Below, one piece after another: positions 26,154 to 35,518 of a stretch of DNA of 64,000 bases. This DNA comes from an uncultured Bacillota bacterium. GTDB lineage: Bacteria; Bacillota; Clostridia; Oscillospirales; Oscillospiraceae. The notes under the pieces are model-generated. The model was not told where the DNA came from. It ran no database searches and worked only from the letters and a program-made list of their open reading frames with translations. The stretch's first letter is position 1, and each line of letters begins with the position of its first letter. Location: assembly GCA_947385365.1 (NCBI GenBank), contig CANDKT010000002.1, forward strand, positions 5,024-69,023, in the 5' to 3' direction. The position numbers and the translations under genes are program-made.

Positions 26154-28748
26154 ATGGATATGAACCAACTGACACAAAAATCTCTTTCCGCGGTCCAGAC
26201 GGCCAGAGATCTGGCCCAGGAACACGGACAGCAACAGATCGAACCGCTGCATCTTCTCTTAGCGCTGGTCAGCGACAAGGAGGGGTTCATCCCCCAACTG
26301 CTGACGGCAATGGGGATGACCGTCCCCAGCTTCGAGGCGGCGGTGCAGGCGGAGGTGGACAAACTGCCCAAAGTGTCCGGGACCGGTCGGGAAGCGGACA
26401 AAATCTATATCACGCCGGGCTTGGACCGGGCCATGCGGGCCGCGGAGCGTATGGCGCAGTCCATGAAGGACGAGTACATCTCCGTGGAACACCTTTTCCT
26501 GGGCCTGCTGGACCAGCCGGACGGCGTCCTGAAGGAACTCTTCCGGACCTACCAGCTCACCCGTGAGAAGGTCATGCAGGCGTTGGCGTCGGTGCGCGGG
26601 AATCAGCGCGTGACCAGCGACAACCCGGAGGAGACTTACAACGCTCTGAAAAAGTACGGCACGGACTTAGTGGAACGGGCGCGGCAGAATAAAATGGACC
26701 CGGTCATCGGCCGGGACGACGAGATCCGCAACGTCATCCGCATCCTGAGCCGGAAATCGAAGAATAACCCGGTCCTCATCGGAGAACCTGGCGTAGGCAA
26801 AACCGCCATCGCCGAAGGCTTAGCACAGCGCATCGTGAAAGGGGACGTGCCTGTTTCCTTAAAGGACAAGACCATCTTCGCCTTGGATATGGGCGCGCTC
26901 ATCGCTGGGGCCAAGTACCGCGGCGAGTTTGAAGAACGCCTCAAAGCGGTCCTCAACGAGGTCAAGAAATCGGAGGGGCGCATCCTGCTGTTCATCGACG
27001 AGCTGCACACCATCGTCGGCGCGGGCAAGACGGAGGGCAGTATGGATGCAGGCAATCTGCTGAAACCTATGCTGGCCCGCGGCGAACTGCACTGCATCGG
27101 CGCGACGACTTTGGACGAGTACCGGCAGTACATCGAAAAGGACGCCGCCCTAGAACGCCGCTTCCAACCGGTCCTGGTCAGCGAACCGTCCGTGGAGGAC
27201 GCTATCGCGATCCTGCGGGGCCTCAAAGAGCGTTACGAGGTGTATCACGGCGTGAAGATCACCGACGGCGCGATCATCGCCGCCGCGACGTTGTCGAACC
27301 GCTACATCACTGACCGCTTCCTGCCCGATAAGGCCATCGACCTGGTGGACGAAGCCTGTGCCATGATCCGTACCGAGATGGACTCCATGCCAACCGAGCT
27401 GGACATCATCCAGCGGAAGATCATCCAGCACGAGATCGAAGAGGCCGCGCTGAAAAAGGAGACGGACCCGTTAGCCAAGGACCACCTGGCGGAGATCCAG
27501 CGGGAACTGGCCGGACTGCGGGAGGAGTTCAACGCCAAGAAAGCCCAGTGGGACAACGAAAAAGGCGCAATCGGTAAGGTCCAGAAGCTCCGGGAGGACC
27601 TGGAAGCGGCCAGCGCGGCCTTGGAGAAGGCTCAGCGGGAGTACGACCTGGAAAAGGCCGCCGAACTGCAATATGGCCGTATCCCGGAGCTGCGCCGCGC
27701 CCTGGAAGCCGAAGAGGCGGTCGCAAACGAGGGGAGAGCGCGTTCGTTGCTCCGGGACAAGGTCACGGAGGAGGAGATCGCGCGGATCATCGAACGCTGG
27801 ACCGGTATCCCGGTGTCCCGTTTGATGGAAGGGGAGCGGGAGAAGTTGCTCCACCTGGAAGAGATCCTGCACCGCCGCGTGGTGGGACAAGACGAAGCGG
27901 TCCGTTTGGTGAGCGAATCCATTTTACGTTCCCGGGCGGGCATCGCGGACCCGGGGAAACCAATCGGTTCCTTTTTGTTCCTGGGACCCACGGGCGTGGG
28001 CAAGACGGAGCTGGCAAAGACGTTGGCAGAAGCTCTGTTTGACAGCGAAAAGAACCTGGTCCGTATCGACATGAGCGAATATATGGAGAAGTTCTCGGTC
28101 TCGCGTCTCATCGGCGCGCCTCCGGGCTACGTCGGCTACGAGGAAGGCGGGCAGCTCACCGAAGCGGTGCGGAGAAAGCCCTACTCAGTGGTCCTGTTCG
28201 ACGAAGTGGAAAAGGCGCATCCGGACGTGTTCAACATCCTGCTGCAAGTGCTGGACGACGGGAGGATCACGGACAGTCAAGGGCGGACGGTGGATTTCAA
28301 GAACACAATCCTGATCCTGACGTCCAATCTGGGCAGCCAAGCGTTGCTGGACGGGATCGGAACGGACGGGGAAATCTGCGCGGAGGCGCGGGAACAGGTC
28401 GGGCAGCTGCTCAAGCACGCGTTCCGTCCGGAGTTCCTGAACCGCCTGGACGAAATCGTCTTCTACAAGCCGCTCTCGCGGGAGAACATCACCCACATCA
28501 TCGACCTGCTGACGGACAGCTTGAACAAGCGTTTGGCGGACCGGCAGCTGCGCGTGGTCCTGACCCCGGACGCAAAGCAAGCGATTGTGGACGCGGCTTA
28601 CGACCCAGCCTACGGCGCGCGGCCGCTGCGGCGTTACCTCCAGCACACGGTCGAGACCTTGATTAGCCGGAAGATCATCGCCGGCGAGGTGGAACCCAAT
28701 ACCGTACTCACAGTGGACAGCCAAGGCGGAGAATTGACGGTCCAGTGA
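26154..28748 (+). CDS. clpB: ATP-dependent disaggregase ClpB
   Basis: Two AAA modules (GEPGVGKT and GPTGVGKT) and a long coiled-coil middle domain. Confidence 0.97.
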   Translation: MDMNQLTQKSLSAVQTARDLAQEHGQQQIEPLHLLLALVSDKEGFIPQLLTAMGMTVPSFEAAVQAEVDKLPKVSGTGREADKIYITPGLDRAMRAAERMAQSMKDEYISVEHLFLGLLDQPDGVLKELFRTYQLTREKVMQALASVRGNQRVTSDNPEETYNALKKYGTDLVERARQNKMDPVIGRDDEIRNVIRILSRKSKNNPVLIGEPGVGKTAIAEGLAQRIVKGDVPVSLKDKTIFALDMGALIAGAKYRGEFEERLKAVLNEVKKSEGRILLFIDELHTIVGAGKTEGSMDAGNLLKPMLARGELHCIGATTLDEYRQYIEKDAALERRFQPVLVSEPSVEDAIAILRGLKERYEVYHGVKITDGAIIAAATLSNRYITDRFLPDKAIDLVDEACAMIRTEMDSMPTELDIIQRKIIQHEIEEAALKKETDPLAKDHLAEIQRELAGLREEFNAKKAQWDNEKGAIGKVQKLREDLEAASAALEKAQREYDLEKAAELQYGRIPELRRALEAEEAVANEGRARSLLRDKVTEEEIARIIERWTGIPVSRLMEGEREKLLHLEEILHRRVVGQDEAVRLVSESILRSRAGIADPGKPIGSFLFLGPTGVGKTELAKTLAEALFDSEKNLVRIDMSEYMEKFSVSRLIGAPPGYVGYEEGGQLTEAVRRKPYSVVLFDEVEKAHPDVFNILLQVLDDGRITDSQGRTVDFKNTILILTSNLGSQALLDGIGTDGEICAEAREQVGQLLKHAFRPEFLNRLDEIVFYKPLSRENITHIIDLLTDSLNKRLADRQLRVVLTPDAKQAIVDAAYDPAYGARPLRRYLQHTVETLISRKIIAGEVEPNTVLTVDSQGGELTVQ

Positions 28749-28757
28749 TTGCACTCA

Positions 28758-28791
28758 GCCGCCGCGCCCGGACGGGCGCGGCGGTCTTTTT
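28758..28791 (+). terminator. Intrinsic terminator after clpB
   Basis: CCGCCGCGCCCG-GA-CGGGCGCGGCGG followed by TCTTTTT. Confidence 0.8.
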
Positions 28792-28903
28792 GAAAAAATT
28801 TTTCGGTTTGGTGTACGGAAACGTCCCCAATCCAGGCTGGTTTTCCCTATTAGTAGAAGGACCTTTTTGGAGTCCTGATTCAAAATCAAAGGGGGAACCT
28901 GAA

Positions 28904-29389
28904 ATGGCAAGCAAAAAAACGAAACACTACCAGCTCAATCAGTGGGAACCAGACGATGCGGTCCTACGGAACGATTTCAACGCGGACAACCTGAAACTCG
29001 ACGCGGCCTTGGCCGAGAAAGCCGAACGGTCCGCGTTGACCGCTTTGAGCCAGACCGTGGCCGCAAAGGGGAACTGTTCCATCGAAACGGGCAGCTACAT
29101 CGGCACCGGCCAGTCCGGACAGGCAAATCCCTGCCTCCTGCGCTTTACCGGTAAGCCTATGATCGTCTTCCTGGGAACAGATCATATGTTTGATTACAAC
29201 AGTATCCCGGAGTATTACATCCTCTTCCGGGGCGCGCCCTACCTCCACGCCCGCTCCACCCAAGGCGGCCTGCCGTTGACCTGGATGGAGAACTCCGTAT
29301 CGTGGTATTCCAACGACCGTTACCGCGGCCCGGAAGCCCAGTTCAACCTGGACGGCGTCGAATACCAGTACATCGCGCTAGTCATCTGA
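28904..29389 (+). CDS. Hypothetical protein with phage tail-fibre-like N-terminal motif
   Basis: MASKKTKHYQLNQWEPDDAVLRNDFNADNLKLDAAL, then a short coil and a GSYIGTG beta-rich C-terminus. Confidence 0.6.
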   Translation: MASKKTKHYQLNQWEPDDAVLRNDFNADNLKLDAALAEKAERSALTALSQTVAAKGNCSIETGSYIGTGQSGQANPCLLRFTGKPMIVFLGTDHMFDYNSIPEYYILFRGAPYLHARSTQGGLPLTWMENSVSWYSNDRYRGPEAQFNLDGVEYQYIALVI

Positions 29390-29396
29390 GGACGCG

Positions 29397-29432
29397 CAAA
29401 GCCCCTCGGACCGATGGTCCGGGGGGCTTTGC
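29397..29432. terminator. Bidirectional hairpin terminator at the end of the left S-layer gene
   Basis: CAAAGCCCCTCGGACC-GAT-GGTCCGGGGGGCTTTG, near-identical to 35352-35386. Confidence 0.75.
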
Positions 29433-29469
29433 CGTATCATTGGGTCTTGAGGGAAACCGAAGAGGCGGT

Positions 29470-32091
29470 TTACTCACCTGCGGTCGCGCTGGTCAGGAAG
29501 ATGCACACGGCGCCGTCTTTGGAGACGTTCATGTACAGGGTAGCTTCCTCGATGCGGCCATTGTCCAGGTTGCGGCGCACGGCGTCCAGGCTGCCCAGAG
29601 CGCTGCTGTACTGGTCGTCCTCGTCACGGTCGTCCTTGGAGCGGACGTCGGTGAACTTCGCGTCGGAGACGTCGATGTCCTGAACCTCGTACTTGCCCAG
29701 AGTGACAGTCAGCAGATTGTCATACAGGTCGTTCTTGTCGTCGAAGATGACGCCAGCCAGAACGCCTTCGTCCTTGTCATCCTGCCAATCCAGGTTGCCG
29801 GTAACGGTCATGGCCTCGGCCTCGTCCAGCTCATAGTAGCCGTCGTCGTTGGTGCCGTAGGTGTAGAAAGCGGGAGTCTTCAGGCCGTCGCTGCCGTACT
29901 CGCCTCCGTCGATCTGCCAGGTCTCCTTGCTGCCGTCAGGCAGATAGACGTCCTGGTCACGGTAGCCGTCGCCGCGCTCGCTGCTCTCGGACTTCACGAA
30001 GATGACGTCTTCGCTGAACTCAGTCTTCTGGTCGGCGTCGTTCACGCAGAACAGAACGTAGCTGGCAACGGAGGAGCCGTCTTCCGTAATCACGATGGCG
30101 GAATTGACTTCGCTCTTGTAGGACACGCCGCCGACGTAACGGGACACGTCCAGGTCATTTCTGGTGTCTTCCAGGAAGAGGTACACGGTGGAGGAGTTCA
30201 AACGCTTGGAAGAGATACCAGGAACGTTAGAGAGGCGGGTAGCGGACTTGCTCAGGTCAGGAGTGAACTTACCGGTGCTGGTATACACATCCCAATCCTT
30301 ATCGGACCAAGTCTTGAGGTTCCACTTATCGTTGTTGGCCTTGCTGTCGCCGGTCTTCTTGTCGGAGATGGTGACGAGCGAGCCGCTCAGAGCGTCGAAG
30401 TCATATTTGCTGGCGCTCAGGTCATTTTTACCGGTGCCGAGTTCGTGATCTTTCGTTTCCAGTTTGTACTCAGCCTTGGTGCCGTCGTCCAGGGAAACCA
30501 GCTGAGCGTAGTAGGAGGTCACGTCAGCGCCAGCGACGGTGTTGGTCTCATTCCAAACCACGTCCACATAGTAGACGTCGCTCAGGTCGGAAGAAGCCTC
30601 GATGCCTTCGATAGCCAGGATGCGGTTGTCCTTATCCAGGTACAGGCGATAGCTGTCGTCGGAGCTGGTGGAAACCTTATCGACTGCGGTGAAGTCGCCA
30701 GCGGTGTCGATGGTACCGGCGGCGTAGTAACGCTGGCCGTCCACGACGACGGACTCGGCGTTCTTGCGGGTGCTGATGGAGCCTTCGACGGTCTCGGGGA
30801 TGAAGGAGTCGATGATATCGCCGTCGTCATTGACGACCAGGGCGACGTAGGCGTCCTCGACGTAAGTGTCGGGGTTGAAGCCGGGGATATCGGTGTTCTT
30901 GATGTCGTCGCCGGAGTTATCGAAGTTGACGTAAGCGGAGACGCCCTTCTTGGAGTCGCTGGAGGACACGTCGTCGTCGACGTCGGTGATCTGGTCCAGA
31001 ACGTAGTTGTAAGCAACGACGCGCTCGATTTCGTCGGGCTCATTCTCGACCATGAACAGCTCGTAGGTAGTGCCATAGGTGGCCTCTGCCTTCAGGTCAG
31101 CAGCGGACTTCTCGTCGCCGTTGAGCCAGAACTCAGCTTTGTTCTCCAGGTCATTGGGGTAGGTCAGGTCGTCGTTGTCAGCCAGATCCTGAAGGACATC
31201 CAGAAGGGACTTGCTCTTGTTCTTATCGTTGGTGTAGATATCGTTGACGACCAGGACCTGATCGGCGGCGTCACCATAAGTACCAACTTCGCTGCCCTTG
31301 TACTTCCACTGGGTAGCGGAACGGCCGAAGCTGTCTTCCTTCTTGGTGAACTTCTCCAGGTCGCCGTCGTACAGCTCTTCGCCCAGCTGGATGACATTGG
31401 TATCGCCAATCTTGGTGAACTTCTTGCCGGAACCGGTGCGGGGGCTGTAGGTAGCGCGGCCAGCGACCAGATTGCCATCAACGATGGTCACGCCGCTGTT
31501 GCCGTTGGGAGCCACGGCGTCCGCTTCCAGAGTGTTCAGAATCATCTGAGCGACCTGGTTACGGGTCAGGGCTTCGATTGCGCCGTTGTCAACGCCGTCG
31601 AAAATGCCGTTCTGAGTGCCCAGCTTGGTGGTCTCGACCAGCCAGTCATCGCCGAAGTCGCCCTGGTACTGGAAGTAACCCAGAGCTTTCATCAGCATCA
31701 GAGCAGCCTGGCCAGTGGTGACGGAGTTATCGCCGCCATACTGGGTAGCGCTCATACCAGCGACGATGCCGTTGGTATAGCACGCGGCGACGTAGTCGGC
31801 GGCCCAGTCAGGCACATCGGTGAAGGGCGCGGTGCCCTTGTAGCTGGAGACGACGTAGTCCATCAAGTTACACATGATGACGGCCATCTCGTTACGGGTG
31901 ACGTTCGCGTCGGGATTGAAGTTGCCCTTCTCGTCGCCGGTCATGATGCCGACGGCCTGGAGAACTTCAATGGCTTCGGTGTTATGCTCGGAAGCCACAT
32001 CCACATAGCTCGCAGAGGTACCCACGACCATCATGCCCATAAGCATGACAGAGGAGAGCGCCAGGCTGAGAGCCCGCTTCAAGTTTCTCAT
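29470..32091 (-). CDS. S-layer protein variant A (signal peptide, N-terminal SLH repeats, acidic body), 873 aa. Predicted ON in this assembly.
   Basis: MRNLKRALSLALSSVMLMGMM signal. SLH motifs GIMTGDEKGNFNPDANVTRNEMAVI, GIVAG..VTTGQAALML and LTRNQVAQMI. Strong AAAGGAGG RBS. Highly biased C-ending codons. Confidence 0.9.
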   Translation of the reverse strand: MRNLKRALSLALSSVMLMGMMVVGTSASYVDVASEHNTEAIEVLQAVGIMTGDEKGNFNPDANVTRNEMAVIMCNLMDYVVSSYKGTAPFTDVPDWAADYVAACYTNGIVAGMSATQYGGDNSVTTGQAALMLMKALGYFQYQGDFGDDWLVETTKLGTQNGIFDGVDNGAIEALTRNQVAQMILNTLEADAVAPNGNSGVTIVDGNLVAGRATYSPRTGSGKKFTKIGDTNVIQLGEELYDGDLEKFTKKEDSFGRSATQWKYKGSEVGTYGDAADQVLVVNDIYTNDKNKSKSLLDVLQDLADNDDLTYPNDLENKAEFWLNGDEKSAADLKAEATYGTTYELFMVENEPDEIERVVAYNYVLDQITDVDDDVSSSDSKKGVSAYVNFDNSGDDIKNTDIPGFNPDTYVEDAYVALVVNDDGDIIDSFIPETVEGSISTRKNAESVVVDGQRYYAAGTIDTAGDFTAVDKVSTSSDDSYRLYLDKDNRILAIEGIEASSDLSDVYYVDVVWNETNTVAGADVTSYYAQLVSLDDGTKAEYKLETKDHELGTGKNDLSASKYDFDALSGSLVTISDKKTGDSKANNDKWNLKTWSDKDWDVYTSTGKFTPDLSKSATRLSNVPGISSKRLNSSTVYLFLEDTRNDLDVSRYVGGVSYKSEVNSAIVITEDGSSVASYVLFCVNDADQKTEFSEDVIFVKSESSERGDGYRDQDVYLPDGSKETWQIDGGEYGSDGLKTPAFYTYGTNDDGYYELDEAEAMTVTGNLDWQDDKDEGVLAGVIFDDKNDLYDNLLTVTLGKYEVQDIDVSDAKFTDVRSKDDRDEDDQYSSALGSLDAVRRNLDNGRIEEATLYMNVSKDGAVCIFLTSATAGE

Positions 32092-32137
32092 TGGAAATTC
32101 CTCCTTTATGTTTCGGGTCTGTCTGCGGACCGGTTTT

Positions 32138-32163
32138 GCAAGGGGAGTGCCACTCCCCTTACA
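32138..32163 (-). repeat. Left inverted repeat (IRL), putative recombination core site
   Basis: GCAAGGGGAGTGCCACTCCCCTTACA is the exact reverse complement of 32497-32522. It is internally palindromic (AAGGGGAGTG-C-CACTCCCCTT). Confidence 0.9.
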
Positions 32164-32212
32164 GGGGGGGCGTGCTTCGCCGCACACGGTCCACTTCCGA
32201 ACCTCTGGCGAT

Positions 32213-32241
32213 ATTTTAGCAAATCAATTTTTGAATGTCAA
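32213..32241 (-). promoter_or_regulatory. Near-consensus sigma-A promoter facing the left S-layer gene
   Basis: Minus strand TTGACA-TTCAAAAATTGATTTGC-TAAAAT: 17-bp spacer plus extended -10 TGn. Confidence 0.85.
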
Positions 32242-32355
32242 CAGGAGAGACAAAAGTGTAACAAACCTGTAATAATCCCCTCCCGCGCCGCCTAAGCCGT
32301 CTGCAACAGACCGGAGAATCGCCTTCCAGCCCACAAAAACAGCCGAATTTACAAC

Positions 32356-32452
32356 GTCTACCAAACGTCTACCATCCCCTACCCCCCGCCGCTTGCTGCA
32401 CAGCCTGTCCAGCTCCATCTACCGGAACCTGGTCTACCAAATGTCTACCAAA
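32356..32452 (+). repeat. Paired direct repeats GTCTACCA(AA), putative integrase arm-type sites
   Basis: Copies at 32356, 32367, 32432 and 32443 (two pairs, each 11 bp apart), plus a degenerate ATCTACCG at 32417. Confidence 0.7.
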
Positions 32453-32496
32453 CACCTCAAAATCCGCCCCTATACCTTTAAATATAAATACCCCTA

Positions 32497-32522
32497 TGTA
32501 AGGGGAGTGGCACTCCCCTTGC
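32497..32522 (+). repeat. Right inverted repeat (IRR), putative recombination core site
   Basis: TGTAAGGGGAGTGGCACTCCCCTTGC. Confidence 0.9.
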
Positions 32523-32567
32523 GCACCGGAACGCGAAAGAACCCGAAACATAAAGGAGGAATTTCCA

Positions 32568-35318
32568 ATGAGAAACCTGAAGCGGGCTCTCAGTCTGGCG
32601 CTGTCCACCGTTATGCTCATGGGCACAATGGTCGTCGGCTCTTCTGCGAGCTATGTGGATGTGGCTTCCGAGCATAACACCGAAGCCATTGAAGTTCTCC
32701 AGGCCGTCGGCATCATGACCGGCGACGAGAAGGGCAACTTCAATCCCGACGCGAACGTCACCCGTAACGAGATGGCCGTCATCATGTGTAACTTGATGGA
32801 CTACGTCGTCTCCAGCTACAAGGGCACCGCCCCCTTCACCGATGTCCCTGACTGGGCCGCCGATTACGTCGCCGCGTGCTACACCAACGGCATCGTCGCC
32901 GGTGTCAGCGCGACTCAGTACAACGGTGACAGCTCCGTCACCACTGGCCAGGCCGCTCTGATGTTGATGAAGGCTCTGGGTTACTTCAAGTACCAGGGCG
33001 ACTTCGCTGATGACTGGCTGGTCGAGACCACCAAGCTGGGCACTCAGAATGGTATCTTCGACGGCGTGGACAACGGCGCTGTTGATCCCCTGACTCGTAA
33101 CCAGGTCGCTCAGATGATTCTGAACACTCTGGAAGCCGACGCCGTGGAAGCCAATGGCAACAGCGGTGTGACTATCGTTGACGGTAACTTGGTCGCTGGC
33201 CGTGCTACTTACAGCCCCCGTACCAATGCCAACGATAAAAAATTTGGCAAAATCGACAACGAAAAAACTTACAATTATGACCGCTATATCATCCAGTTGG
33301 GCGAAGAACTTTACGGCGGCGATTTGGAAAAGAACGCCAGTGAGACTGACGACTTTGGCCGTCCTGCTACCCAGTGGAAGTACAAGGGCAACAACGTTGG
33401 CAAATACGGTGAAACTCCTGATTACGTTTTGGTTGTTGCTGACGACTATACGAAGAAAACTGACCTGCGAGCAATTCTCCGGGATGTAGCTGACAACAAT
33501 TCCTTGGAACTGACATATCAATATGAGAATGATAATGGTCGGATAGTTACTGCTGAGGCTGAATATTGGCTCAACGGCAACAACACAAAGGAAGACAACG
33601 ATAACGAAGTGGATTTGGAATCTGCTGACCTCGCTAAGGATGTTGCCACCTATGGCACTACTTACGAGTTGTACATGGTTGAGAATAAACCTGACGTAGT
33701 TGAGAAAGTTGTTGCTTATAACTACAAGCTGTATCAGATCACTGATGTTGACACTGATGTGTCCTCTGGCGATTCTAAGAAGGGCGTAAACGCCTATATT
33801 TCCTTCGATGCGGATATCAGCGATGCAGTCAACGATACAGATATTCCTGGCTTCAATTCTGAGACCTATGTCGAAGATGCTTATGTGGCTATGATTGTCA
33901 ATGACAAACAAGAAGTTGTCGACTCTTTCATTCCTGAGACCATTGAAGGTTCTGTGGGAACCAAGAAGGGTAGCGAGAATGCCAAGGTCGAGTCTCTCAC
34001 TATGGACGGCGATCGTTACTACACTGCTGGTACTATGAGTGACTCTAGCGACTTTGTTTACACGACAAGACAGGTAGAGACCGGTTCCGACAATACCTAT
34101 CGTCTGTACCTGGACCACAACAACCGTATTCTGGCCGTTGAGGGTGTTGAGGCTGTTTCCTCTCTGGGCGATGTCTACTTTGTGGACACGATTTGGAAAG
34201 GCAGCGATACTGTTGCTGGTGTTGACACGGAACCCTATTTTGCTCAGTTGGTTTCCCTGGAAGATGGCACCAAGGCTGAGTATAAGCTGGAAAAGGACAA
34301 CCACAAGAATGGTACCGAAACCTTGGATGGCCAGACTGCTGACCAGCTGAACAAAACTTTCGGAAAGCAACTGGTTACAATTTCCGATAAAAAGGAAAGC
34401 ACTAAGGGTACCGACTATAGCAGTAAGGCCAACAACGATCAGTGGAACCCGAAGATGTGGGAGACTAAGAATGATTGGACAGAGAGAACTGATGAGTTTT
34501 CTGATCTGACATTAAAGAAGTCCACCAAGAGCATCGCAGTTGATGGAGAGACCTATCGTTTGAACTCTTCCACTGTGTATCTGTTCCTGGAGAAAGAAAA
34601 GAATGATTTGAGCGTGTCCCGTTATGTTGGCGGCGTTTCCTACAATACAAAGGATAACGTTATTGTCACTGCTATCAAAGAAAAAGACGCCGATGTGGCT
34701 AGCTATGTTCTGTTCCGGGTTAGTGACGCTGACCAGGCCGCTGAGTACAGTGAGGATGTCGTCTTCCTGTACAGCGAGAGCAGTGACATTGGTGATGGCT
34801 ATCGTGACCAGACAGTCTATCTGCCCGACGGCAGTGAAGAGACTTGGCAGGTCGTTGATGGTGAGTTCGAGGGAACTGGTTTCTACACCTACACTACCAA
34901 TGACGACGGCTATTATGAATTGGAACTTGCTAGTGAGATGAAAGACACAGCCAACCTCAGTTGGGACGACGAAGAGGGCGTGTTGAGTGCTTGGATTTTC
35001 AGCAACAAGTCTCAGCTGTTTGAGAATTTCCTGACCGTGACTAAAGAGAACGGAAGGGTTTCCGACATTGATATTTCCAACGCCGTATTCAAGGATGTGC
35101 GCGATAAGGACGATCGTGGTGCGAACATCGAAGGTACAAATTACAAGGAATACAGAAGCGCTTTGGGTAGCTTGGACGCTGTGAAGCGGAATATGGGCAG
35201 CGAGAAGAGAGACGACATCGTAAGTGCTGAACTGTACCTGAATGTTTCCAAAGACGGTGCTGTAACTATCTTCCTGACCAGCGCTCCGTCTCTGAAAGCG
35301 GACGTACCCCAAGATTAA
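32568..35318 (+). CDS. S-layer protein variant B, 916 aa. Predicted OFF in this assembly.
   Basis: About the first 219 aa are nearly identical to variant A (signal + SLH). The remainder is colinear but diverged, with AT-richer codons. Confidence 0.9.
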   Translation: MRNLKRALSLALSTVMLMGTMVVGSSASYVDVASEHNTEAIEVLQAVGIMTGDEKGNFNPDANVTRNEMAVIMCNLMDYVVSSYKGTAPFTDVPDWAADYVAACYTNGIVAGVSATQYNGDSSVTTGQAALMLMKALGYFKYQGDFADDWLVETTKLGTQNGIFDGVDNGAVDPLTRNQVAQMILNTLEADAVEANGNSGVTIVDGNLVAGRATYSPRTNANDKKFGKIDNEKTYNYDRYIIQLGEELYGGDLEKNASETDDFGRPATQWKYKGNNVGKYGETPDYVLVVADDYTKKTDLRAILRDVADNNSLELTYQYENDNGRIVTAEAEYWLNGNNTKEDNDNEVDLESADLAKDVATYGTTYELYMVENKPDVVEKVVAYNYKLYQITDVDTDVSSGDSKKGVNAYISFDADISDAVNDTDIPGFNSETYVEDAYVAMIVNDKQEVVDSFIPETIEGSVGTKKGSENAKVESLTMDGDRYYTAGTMSDSSDFVYTTRQVETGSDNTYRLYLDHNNRILAVEGVEAVSSLGDVYFVDTIWKGSDTVAGVDTEPYFAQLVSLEDGTKAEYKLEKDNHKNGTETLDGQTADQLNKTFGKQLVTISDKKESTKGTDYSSKANNDQWNPKMWETKNDWTERTDEFSDLTLKKSTKSIAVDGETYRLNSSTVYLFLEKEKNDLSVSRYVGGVSYNTKDNVIVTAIKEKDADVASYVLFRVSDADQAAEYSEDVVFLYSESSDIGDGYRDQTVYLPDGSEETWQVVDGEFEGTGFYTYTTNDDGYYELELASEMKDTANLSWDDEEGVLSAWIFSNKSQLFENFLTVTKENGRVSDIDISNAVFKDVRDKDDRGANIEGTNYKEYRSALGSLDAVKRNMGSEKRDDIVSAELYLNVSKDGAVTIFLTSAPSLKADVPQD

Positions 35319-35351
35319 ACCCCTAACTCTCCGCAACTTTTCCTAAGCGAA

Positions 35352-35386
35352 CAAAGTCCCCCGGACCGATGGTCCGGGGGCTTTGC
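35352..35386 (+). terminator. Hairpin terminator after the right S-layer gene
   Basis: CAAAGTCCCCCGGACC-GAT-GGTCCGGGGGCTTTG. Confidence 0.75.
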
Positions 35387-35518
35387 GTATGCGGGGAGAA
35401 ATTTTGAAGAAAAATGTAGAATCACCTTGAAAAAAGAGACAGCGTGGGATTATGCTATAGAAGGATGGAATAATTTGCCGGACATCCAGTCCGCAACACC
35501 AAAAGGAGGAAGATCACT

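Larger units (their letters stand above)
32138..32522. mobile_element. Putative invertible promoter segment (inverton)
   Basis: 333-bp non-coding spacer between perfect 26-bp IRs with one promoter, between divergent paralogues, with an adjacent tyrosine recombinase. Confidence 0.75.

Noticed and set aside
29302-34370. 997-aa and 630-aa ORFs antisense to the S-layer genes
   Set aside because: Same codon-bias shadow effect. The opposite strands carry signal peptides and SLH motifs.
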